A stretch of DNA of 24,000 bases from Acaryochloris marina S15 (GTDB taxonomy: Bacteria > Cyanobacteriota > Cyanobacteriia > Thermosynechococcales > Thermosynechococcaceae), in NCBI RefSeq assembly GCF_018336915.1, contig NZ_CP064923.1:2380701-2404700 (forward strand), given 5' to 3'. The position numbers and the translations under genes were made by a program. The stretch's first letter is position 1; each line of letters starts with the position of its first letter. Below are positions 14,644-22,251 of the stretch, piece by piece. The notes under the pieces are model-generated. The model was given only the letters and a program-made list of their open reading frames with translations. It was not told where the DNA came from and searched no databases.

Positions 14644-15645
14644 CTAAACCGCTTGAGGTGCTTTGCCCATCTGTTCACGGCCATGGGGGTCAGATAAACT
14701 GGTAATATCAGGCCCTGAAGGGATAATGCCGCCAGGATTTAGGGGAAAGAGAAAACCGTAGTAACTTTGTTTGACTGCTTCTAGGTTGCAGGTGTCTGCT
14801 ACACCAGGGAGTTGGTAAAGATCACGCAAATAGGGGCCTAAATGCTGGTAGTCCTGGATTCGTCGGCGGTTGCACTTAAAAAGTCCGTAGTAGGCGACAT
14901 CGAATCGGAATAAGGTTGGGAATAGCCGCACATCCGCAAGGGTTAAGGTATCACCACAGAGATATCGTTGGTTGGCAAGGGCTGTATCGATTTCGTCTAG
15001 AACTTCAAACAGCTCGTTGCAGGCTTGATCGTAGGCCGTTTGGGTTTGGGCAAAACCACAGCGATACACACCATTATTGACGGCATGATAGATTTTCTCA
15101 TTCCACTGGTCGATGGTGGGACGCAAGGCTTCGGGGTAGAGATCTAGGTCTGGCTGTTGACCAATGTCAGTGAAGGCGGAATTAAGGTTGACAATGATCT
15201 CAGAACTTTCGTTATTGACGATCTTTTGAGTTTGAGTATCCCACAGCACTGGCACAGTGCAGCGGCCCTCATATCCAGGCTGTGCCAGAAGATAGAGATC
15301 TCTAAGGTTACGGCACCCTTGATGTTCAGAGGCAAAGACCCAGCCCCCTTCCGTATCAGAGGGTTGAACCACGACAACATCTATCACGTCTTGTAACCCT
15401 TGTAAGGCTCGAACCACTAAGGTGCGATGGGCCCAAGGACAGCCTAGCCCCACATATAGCCGATACCGTTGAGGGACCGCTGGGAAGGTATCGCTGCCAA
15501 TTTTGTCTCGGAACTGGCTCTCTGGTCGAATATAGGCACCCCCTTTACTCCGTGGGGCCATATTTGACATCATCACATTCCACATTGTGGTCCAAACAAA
15601 CTTACCCAGGCTGATGATGGCTTTGGGGGGTAGAGATTTACCCAT
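14644..15645 (-). CDS. Xi-class glutathione transferase / glutathionyl-hydroquinone reductase (YqjG/ECM4 family)
   Basis: It carries the hallmark CPWAHRTLVVRAL active-site motif, plus YRLYVGLG, VPVLWD and the C-terminal GST helices. The exact start codon is uncertain. Confidence 0.85.
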   Translation of the reverse strand: MGKSLPPKAIISLGKFVWTTMWNVMMSNMAPRSKGGAYIRPESQFRDKIGSDTFPAVPQRYRLYVGLGCPWAHRTLVVRALQGLQDVIDVVVVQPSDTEGGWVFASEHQGCRNLRDLYLLAQPGYEGRCTVPVLWDTQTQKIVNNESSEIIVNLNSAFTDIGQQPDLDLYPEALRPTIDQWNEKIYHAVNNGVYRCGFAQTQTAYDQACNELFEVLDEIDTALANQRYLCGDTLTLADVRLFPTLFRFDVAYYGLFKCNRRRIQDYQHLGPYLRDLYQLPGVADTCNLEAVKQSYYGFLFPLNPGGIIPSGPDITSLSDPHGREQMGKAPQAV

Positions 15646-15906
15646 GGTCTGATCTCCTATGGATGGGTGGGCTCACGATGGGAAAAGACGGTTTTGACCT
15701 TACCTCAATAGGTCAAGACTGCATCGACTAGGGTCGATTGCCTAGAGACCTTAAGAAAGTAAAGGTGAAATGATCTTTATTTTCAAGGAGATAAACTGAT
15801 TTGTCTTCTACAGTTAAGACAGTTTCATGTTTGGCAGCTACATTCCCCAGCTTCCCACTCCAAAGGAAGCCGTTATGGCAACCTCATTGATTCAGAGGAG
15901 ATCGAA

Positions 15907-16266
15907 ATGCGTGGACTTCTGTTAACTATTCTAGCTACCGCCCTCAGTTTACTGGTGGTCGATTACGTCTTTGCAGGGATTGATTTAGACAGTATCTCCA
16001 CTGCGATCGCAGCTGCAGTTGCCATTGGCTTGGTGAATGCCATTGTTAAACCCGTGCTGAAAATTGTGTCTTTCCCATTGACCTTACTGTCCCTGGGTGG
16101 GTTTTTGCTCGTGCTGAATGGGTTATGTTTCTCCCTAGCTGCCGCGTTCGTGCCAGGCTTTCAGGTAGACGGCTTGTTGGCGTTTTTTCTGGGGCCGATT
16201 GCCCTGTCGGTGGTGAATGCGTTCTTAAATCGGTACTTACCGGAAGAAGCACCCTCAGCGAGCTAG
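15907..16266 (+). CDS. DUF360 / phage holin family IV-like small membrane protein
   Basis: 119 aa with about four hydrophobic helices. The segment LVNAIVKPVLKIVSFPLTLLSLGGFLLVLNGL is typical of this family. A GAGGAG Shine-Dalgarno lies upstream. Confidence 0.7.
   Translation: MRGLLLTILATALSLLVVDYVFAGIDLDSISTAIAAAVAIGLVNAIVKPVLKIVSFPLTLLSLGGFLLVLNGLCFSLAAAFVPGFQVDGLLAFFLGPIALSVVNAFLNRYLPEEAPSAS
16003..16010. repeat. HIP1 octamer GCGATCGC
   Basis: Perfect octamer read directly from the sequence. Confidence 0.95.
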
Positions 16267-16319
16267 GGGGAATATGCCGACATCTTCAAGGGGCTGCGAA
16301 TGTTGGACGCCCCGGCCCT

Positions 16320-16619
16320 TTAGCCCGCGATTAAGTCTCGGGTGTGGACTTCCAGGGGTGGGTGGATCGCCACTTTGACTTTGAGTGGGCAGCAGAGATC
16401 TCTTCGAGATTGGGCTAACTCGCGGATCAGCAGTAGCCGCGAGCGAATATAGGCTTTGGCATTGGCTTCTTCGTCTTGAGGAAGCTGGTTGCGATTTTTG
16501 AGATTGGCTACCAGGACCTGAACCAGTTGCGAGTCGTTGAGCTGGGTCAACATATCGGTCTGAGTCGTTTCGATAACTTCCCAGACTTGCCGGAGAAGGT
16601 TGGAATTCATGACATTCAC
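16320..16619 (-). CDS. Hypothetical protein (start may be the ATG at 16610 rather than the GTG at 16619)
   Basis: A 99-aa ORF in an otherwise gene-free slot, with plausible helical sequence. I do not recognise any family. Confidence 0.45.
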   Translation of the reverse strand: MNVMNSNLLRQVWEVIETTQTDMLTQLNDSQLVQVLVANLKNRNQLPQDEEANAKAYIRSRLLLIRELAQSRRDLCCPLKVKVAIHPPLEVHTRDLIAG

Positions 16620-16884
16620 CCTAGGTGAGTGTTTTTCAGAAAACGTGTTTTATGGAAAAATTAATATTTTCTTTAGATTTGGATATCCCCAATTCTACGC
16701 TTATCGTTCAGCAACCCACTATCAGATCGGCTACAAAACATATAACTTAATATTTCTAAACAGCCCTCAAATTACCGTGAATAGGTAGATCTACGGTGTG
16801 AGGGTATGTCGCGATTGGGAATCAAGATCCATCAGATCAAAGGTAAATTGTGATAGTCGCAGGAGGGGAAAAGACCCTCGAACT

Positions 16885-17760
16885 TTAGTCTGCCCCACTG
16901 GATCTCCGAAACGTTTGTTGTCCGAGTAAAACACTACTCAGCACGACCACAACCCCCAACAGTTGAATGGAGGTCAGGGTTTGCTGGAGAAAGAGATACC
17001 CCAGCAGCGTTGCCACAACTGGACTCAGTAACCCCAGATAGGAAGCAGCTGTGGCATTGAGTTTACTAATGCCCCGAAACCATAAGGCATAAGCAAGCCC
17101 AGTTCCGATCAGTCCTAAATAGAGAAACCCTAGTAGGTTAGTCCCAGTAATTTGCTCAAAGGGACCTTCAACAATCAAAGCGATGGGGAGTAACATGAAT
17201 CCCCCCACCGTGAGTTGCCAGGCCGTAAACACCATTAGGGAAACGGGAGATTGCCACCGCTTCACCAAGACTGTTCCTAATCCCATGGTTGCAGCACTTG
17301 CGATCGCAGCCACAATCCCCACACTATCGAGCCGAGCTTCAGGACCGAGCACCAACAGACCCACGCCAATCAATCCAGTGATTGCTCCTAAGATTGATCT
17401 TGGGGAAGGTTTTTCACCTAAGAGTTGCCAAGCAAATAGGACCACCAGCAAGGGCTGAATCGAACCTGCAGTGGCTGCAACTCCCCCCGGTAGTCGATAG
17501 GCCGCCACGAACAAGAGTGCTTGGAAAAGACCAATATTGAGTCCTCCCAGAATCAACATCCGCCACCACCAAATCCCTTGAGGCAGTTGCCTCAGGCTCA
17601 GGATAAGGACCAGGCCGATCGGAAGCGTTCTTAGAGCTGCGACCAGTAGTGGATGCCCCGATGGCAGTAATTCCGTCGCCACAACATAAGTGGTCCCCCA
17701 GGAAATAGGAGCTAAAGCCGTCAACAAGATATTGAACAGCCGAGGTGGAGAAGCGTTCAT
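16885..17760 (-). CDS. EamA/DMT-superfamily transporter (PecM-like)
   Basis: 291 aa with about ten hydrophobic helices and two EamA-like halves. It is divergent from a MarR regulator, which is a typical arrangement. Confidence 0.85.
   Translation of the reverse strand: MNASPPRLFNILLTALAPISWGTTYVVATELLPSGHPLLVAALRTLPIGLVLILSLRQLPQGIWWWRMLILGGLNIGLFQALLFVAAYRLPGGVAATAGSIQPLLVVLFAWQLLGEKPSPRSILGAITGLIGVGLLVLGPEARLDSVGIVAAIASAATMGLGTVLVKRWQSPVSLMVFTAWQLTVGGFMLLPIALIVEGPFEQITGTNLLGFLYLGLIGTGLAYALWFRGISKLNATAASYLGLLSPVVATLLGYLFLQQTLTSIQLLGVVVVLSSVLLGQQTFRRSSGAD
17300..17307. repeat. HIP1 octamer GCGATCGC
   Basis: Perfect octamer read directly from the sequence. Confidence 0.95.
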
Positions 17761-17761
17761 T

Positions 17762-17837
17762 ATTTATCTTGATATTAAGATACTTGATATCGAGATTTTA
17801 GCATTTATCTTGATGCCAAGTATCTTGGACTTAAGAT
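17762..17837. promoter_or_regulatory. Tandem operator-like pseudo-palindromes in the EamA/MarR divergent promoter
   Basis: The sites are ATCTTGATATTAAGAT (17766-17781), CTTGATATCGAG (17783-17794), CTTGATGCCAAG (17809-17820) and ATCTTGGACTTAAGAT (17822-17837). There is also a 12-nt direct repeat, ATTTATCTTGAT, at 17762-17773 and 17803-17814. Confidence 0.45.
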
Positions 17838-17887
17838 TTATGAGGTGCTAAAATCATCGCCATTCAAATCCTGAGCTGTCTTTTCCT

Positions 17888-18379
17888 ATGGATACCGATG
17901 CAGTTGACGAAATTTTGGCCCAGTGGCAAAGAGAACGTCCTGATTTAGATGTATCGCCCATGGGAACCATTGGCCGCATGACCCGACTGGCAAAACATCT
18001 CAAAGGAGCAATCGGGGCCACCTTTGCTCAATTTGACTTGAATCCAGGAGAGTTTGATGTACTCGCAACGTTGCGACGGTCTGGGCAGCCTTATCAGCTA
18101 TCACCGACAAGGCTATATCACGCCATGATGGTCACGTCCGGAACCATGACCCATCGTATTGATTGCCTCGAGCAAGCTGAGCTGGTAAAACGAATTCCCG
18201 ACCCCAATGATCGTCGGGGGACCCTGATTCAGTTAACAGATAAGGGGTTTACTCTGATTGAAAAAACCCTTGAAGCCCATGTCGCCAACGAACACCTTCT
18301 CCTAAGTGTATTGGAGCCATCAGAGATCGACTCTCTTACTCAATTACTCCGAAAGCTTTTAGACTCATTTGAGAAATAA
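17888..18379 (+). CDS. MarR-family transcriptional regulator
   Basis: 163 aa. The winged-helix region FDVLATLRRSGQPYQLSPTRLYHAMMVTSGTMTHRIDCLEQAELVKRIPDPNDRRGTLIQLTDKG is canonical MarR. Confidence 0.9.
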   Translation: MDTDAVDEILAQWQRERPDLDVSPMGTIGRMTRLAKHLKGAIGATFAQFDLNPGEFDVLATLRRSGQPYQLSPTRLYHAMMVTSGTMTHRIDCLEQAELVKRIPDPNDRRGTLIQLTDKGFTLIEKTLEAHVANEHLLLSVLEPSEIDSLTQLLRKLLDSFEK

Positions 18380-18771
18380 AAAAGTATCAAAATTGGTGGC
18401 AAATTTCGCAAAGATTTGAGGACCTTTTTTCCCAAAGAACATCCCCACATATATACAGAGTCTTTTCTAAGAAGATTAGGTAAAAATTAGTAGAATTTCT
18501 ACATTGTTCGGGTTTGAAGATCATAGGTAAATCCTATGAAGCCGGATGTTTTTGATGTTGATTTTTCTAATGCTGTCTTTAGGTAAAGTTATCAGGTAAT
18601 GCGGTCTTTATCCTGATCCTGATGGCTTGGATTGAGTTGAGTGTATAAAACTAAAACTTCATCTATACTTGCAAGGTGAGAATTTTTTAGGCCAGTCTAT
18701 AATCCTCCAATGTGTTGAAAAAGTTTTCTATATTTGTAGATGATTTGATGATTTAGAAGGGGATACTAAAT

Positions 18772-21207
18772 TTGACTCTCTTCAAGATCTTTTACCTTTC
18801 AGATAGTTTATTGTTTGCTAATTTTTTAAGTCAGCTGGAGCAGTTCCCTACAGCGATTATTCCTGATATAGCTATTGCCTTTACATTTGGAGGAATGGCT
18901 GTTCTCTTGGGCTATGTGGCCTTTCGCCATCAGCCAGTGACCTATCCCCAACTTGTTTCTCTATTTATTGCTTTATTGGCTACTTGTAGCCTCAATTCGA
19001 TTCTGGATATAGCCTCTCTTTATATTCCCATTGCTGGTGTTCAAGCAGGAATCAAGCTACTCACCTTGGCCATTGCGATCTTCGCTAGTAGAGAATTCCT
19101 AGCAGACAGCACAAAAATTTTGTCTCAAAATACTACTCCCACCTTAGTGGATGAAAATCGGGTAGTGAAGCAGGAGCTTGAAAATTGTCGACAACTAGAA
19201 GTAGAACGATATAAAAGCCAGCAAATTTTAAATGATGCCTTCGAATATGCCTTAATTGGTAAGGCTATTCTCACCCCTGATGGAGATTGGATCAGAGTCA
19301 ATTCAGCCCTCTGTGAACTATTGGGTTACACAGAGGCCGAGATATTACAGACAAACTTCAAAAGTATGACCCATCCTGAGGATGTAGCCCTTGAACAACA
19401 CTATTGTGATCAACTGCTATCTGGAGAAGTGTTGGCCTGTCGCTTTGACAAGCGGTATTACCACAAGCAAGGACATATTGTTTGGGGCAGGTTGAGTATT
19501 TCTCTGGTCAGAACGCCTGAGGATAAACCCCTATATTTTATTGCTCAAATTGATAATATCTCTGACCGCAAACAGGCTGAAGCAGACTTGAATTTGGTGA
19601 TTGGGCAGCTAAAACTGGCCATTGAAGATCGCTCTACAGAGCTAGATACAGCTTACTCAACCTTGAAGAAATCTGCTGCTCAGTATCAGGATCTTTATGA
19701 CAATGCCCCAGACATGTATCTGTCCGTCGATGCGGATAGCACCAAGATTTTGCGTTGCAACCAAACCCTAATGAAAGAACTGGGATACAGCTATTCAGAA
19801 ATAGTGGGTTGCTCTGTCATCGATCTTTATCATCCTGATTTTCGGACTGAAGCACAGAATGCCTTCCAAACCTTTTTGGAAACAGGTGAAGCTAGGAATG
19901 TCTACCTAGTCGTACAGCGCAAAGATGGGACGACCATGGATGTCAGCCTCAATGCCCAGGGGTTTCGCGATCAGCAAGGCAAGGTTAGGTACAGTCGCTC
20001 AAGCTGGCGAGATATTTCGACGCGCAAACGTTTGGAGAACCAACTGAAGCGAATGAATGCTGAATTGGAAGAGCGGGTTGAAAATCGAACTTTAGCACTA
20101 CAAATTGCCATTCAATCCTTAAAAGAGAGTGAGTCCCGTTTGGAACTGGCATTAGAGGCCTCTGGAGATGGTTGGTGGGACTGGAACATGCTCACGGATG
20201 AAACAAGCTGGAGTATACAGTTCTATCAAATGCTGGGATATGAGATGGAAGAATTGCCTTCCTCGTTTCAAACTTGGCAAAGCTGGACTCATCCTGATGA
20301 TTTACCTAGAATGATGGCTTTGCTGGAAGAGCATTTACAAGATCAGTCCATCCCCTATGTTTTTGACTATCGAACGCGAACGAAATCAGAGCAATGGAAA
20401 TGGATTTCTGTCATGGGCAAAGTCGTAGATTGCAATGATCAAGGGGAACCTCTCCGTATGGTTGGGATGCTCCATGATATTAGTGATCGCAAACAGGCAG
20501 AGCAGGAACTGCGGAGAATAAATACGGAGCTCGTTCGCTCTAACCAAGAGTTGGGTCATTTTGCCTATGTTGCCTCCCACGATTTGCAGGAACCGTTACG
20601 AAAAATAAGGAGTTTTACTGAGTTATTGGCCGAACGCTATCAGGGGCGACTAGATGAGACAGCGGATCGCTATATTCGCTACATCACCGATGGGGCTGCC
20701 CGCATGCAAGGGTTGATAGATGATCTACTCAGTTATTCTCGAGTCGGACGAGCTGAACTAAAGGTGAATCCCACTGCATTATCGTCCCTAGTGAAAGAGG
20801 TGCAATCTGATTTAGAAAAGGTTATTGAACAACGCCAGGTCGAGATGGTCATAGATTCGTTGCCAACCGTTGCTGTTGATCCGGTGCAAATGAGGCAGGT
20901 GTTCCAAAATCTGATTTCTAATGCCATCAAGTATTGCCAAGCGGATCGTCCGAGTATTCACATTCGAGCCACTCAAAATAAAGAGTTTTGGGCTATTTCA
21001 GTCCAAGATAATGGAATTGGCATTAGCCCCCAGTTTGCTGAGCGAGTATTTATCATTTTCCAGCGCTTACACCACCGGGGAGAATATTCGGGGACAGGGA
21101 TTGGATTGGCCATCTGTAAAAAAATAATTGAGCGGCATGGAGGGGAAATTTGGGTGGACTCGGAAGAAGGTAAAGGAGCGATCTTTTCTTTCACTCTGCC
21201 CCGATGA
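18772..21207 (+). CDS. Membrane-anchored sensor histidine kinase (TM region, 3 PAS domains, HisKA, HATPase_c)
   Basis: TTG start. The N-terminal approximately 110 aa are hydrophobic. Three PAS/PAC units each end in a DISDRKQAE-like segment. The H-box is FAYVASHDLQEPLRKI, and the N/G boxes are NLISNAIKY, DNGIGI and GTGIGLAICKKIIERHGG. Confidence 0.9.
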   Translation: MTLFKIFYLSDSLLFANFLSQLEQFPTAIIPDIAIAFTFGGMAVLLGYVAFRHQPVTYPQLVSLFIALLATCSLNSILDIASLYIPIAGVQAGIKLLTLAIAIFASREFLADSTKILSQNTTPTLVDENRVVKQELENCRQLEVERYKSQQILNDAFEYALIGKAILTPDGDWIRVNSALCELLGYTEAEILQTNFKSMTHPEDVALEQHYCDQLLSGEVLACRFDKRYYHKQGHIVWGRLSISLVRTPEDKPLYFIAQIDNISDRKQAEADLNLVIGQLKLAIEDRSTELDTAYSTLKKSAAQYQDLYDNAPDMYLSVDADSTKILRCNQTLMKELGYSYSEIVGCSVIDLYHPDFRTEAQNAFQTFLETGEARNVYLVVQRKDGTTMDVSLNAQGFRDQQGKVRYSRSSWRDISTRKRLENQLKRMNAELEERVENRTLALQIAIQSLKESESRLELALEASGDGWWDWNMLTDETSWSIQFYQMLGYEMEELPSSFQTWQSWTHPDDLPRMMALLEEHLQDQSIPYVFDYRTRTKSEQWKWISVMGKVVDCNDQGEPLRMVGMLHDISDRKQAEQELRRINTELVRSNQELGHFAYVASHDLQEPLRKIRSFTELLAERYQGRLDETADRYIRYITDGAARMQGLIDDLLSYSRVGRAELKVNPTALSSLVKEVQSDLEKVIEQRQVEMVIDSLPTVAVDPVQMRQVFQNLISNAIKYCQADRPSIHIRATQNKEFWAISVQDNGIGISPQFAERVFIIFQRLHHRGEYSGTGIGLAICKKIIERHGGEIWVDSEEGKGAIFSFTLPR

Positions 21208-21367
21208 GATTTTTTTGGATGCAATTCTCGAATAATATATTCGCCAGATAATGGCCATAATCATTCGAATTTAATTTTATATGGACAAGAAATTAAAATC
21301 CCTGCAATTTTCATGGATTTGTTTATGATGTTTAACAGTTGGGTGTATTTTGACTTTGGGGCAATGA

Positions 21368-21799
21368 ATGATTGAGATATTGTTGGTAGAAGATGATGAA
21401 GGGGATATAGAACTCACTTTGGAAGCCTTTAATCGCTCAAAAGTTGCCCTCAACGTTACTGTTGTCAGAGATGGTATGGAGGCGATGGCCTACCTTCAGC
21501 AAGAAGGGACCTATGAGGCGGCAAAAACTCCCGACTTGATGTTGCTAGACCTCAACTTACCCCGTAAAGATGGTCGAGAAGTGTTGACCGATATGCAAGA
21601 GAGTAGCCGTCTCAGGCAGATACCTGTGGTTGTGCTAACGACATCAGATGCGGATGAAGATATTTTGAAGAGCTACAAAATTGGGGCTAATGCTTATGTC
21701 ACGAAACCTGTGGGTTTAAAGGGACTAGTTAAGGTGGTTAATTTGCTAGAAGAATTTTGGTTTACGATTGTCAAGTTGCCTCCCCATGAAATGAGCTAG
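21368..21799 (+). CDS. Single-domain response regulator (Rcp1/CheY-like receiver)
   Basis: 143 aa with VEDDEGD, the phospho-acceptor context LMLLDLNLPRKDG, VVVLTTS and YVTKP. Confidence 0.9.
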   Translation: MIEILLVEDDEGDIELTLEAFNRSKVALNVTVVRDGMEAMAYLQQEGTYEAAKTPDLMLLDLNLPRKDGREVLTDMQESSRLRQIPVVVLTTSDADEDILKSYKIGANAYVTKPVGLKGLVKVVNLLEEFWFTIVKLPPHEMS

Positions 21800-21832
21800 A
21801 CAACCGACGGGTCCTAGAAGAGCTAGCATTCC

Positions 21833-22237
21833 TCATTCCTTGGACTTGGCTTTTATCACCCGATCGACCACTGTCATTAGCTCTGGCAAATCGATAGGTT
21901 TTTTCAGGTATTCATCTGCGCCTACGGTTTTGGCAATTTCTAGGACTGAGAAACCTGGATCATGAGAACGTCCACTAATAGCAATCAGCCATGGCTTGCT
22001 TTCTAGGGCGAGCATGTTGATTTTGGAAATCAGCATGATCCCTCCCCTAGGACTTTCTTGATTGTTTTCTTGGATAAAAATATCAATTAAAGCAATGTCT
22101 AGATATGCTTCATAAATTTTGGACATGGCCACATTGATATTAGCGGTGTATTCAACCTGGTGCCCTTGATCACCAAGGGTTTTTTGCCAGGACTCCGCCA
22201 AGATTGTATCGTCTTCGAATATAAGAATATTAGCCAA
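21833..22237 (-). CDS. Single-domain response regulator receiver
   Basis: 134 aa with FEDD, IALIDIF, LIAISG and LKKP. It starts 14 nt after the stop of the phytochrome-type kinase gene, on the same strand. Confidence 0.85.
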   Translation of the reverse strand: MANILIFEDDTILAESWQKTLGDQGHQVEYTANINVAMSKIYEAYLDIALIDIFIQENNQESPRGGIMLISKINMLALESKPWLIAISGRSHDPGFSVLEIAKTVGADEYLKKPIDLPELMTVVDRVIKAKSKE

Positions 22238-22251
22238 TGGTATAGCTCCCT

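Noticed and set aside
15907-16266. The holin-family (DUF360) gene as a lysis cassette for CIS release
   Set aside because: Five unrelated housekeeping-type genes separate it from the CIS operon. It has no adjacent endolysin. This family is a widespread small membrane protein in cyanobacteria. Any link would be speculation.
16290-16313. GGGGC..GCCCC hairpin between convergent genes as a bidirectional terminator
   Set aside because: It has only a 5-bp stem, a 14-nt loop and no flanking T-run. That is too weak to call.
17762-17837. The repeated ATTTATCTTGAT and palindrome cluster as a mini CRISPR or MITE
   Set aside because: There are only two direct copies, no spacer regularity and no cas genes. 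The location in a MarR divergent promoter explains the repeats better as operators.
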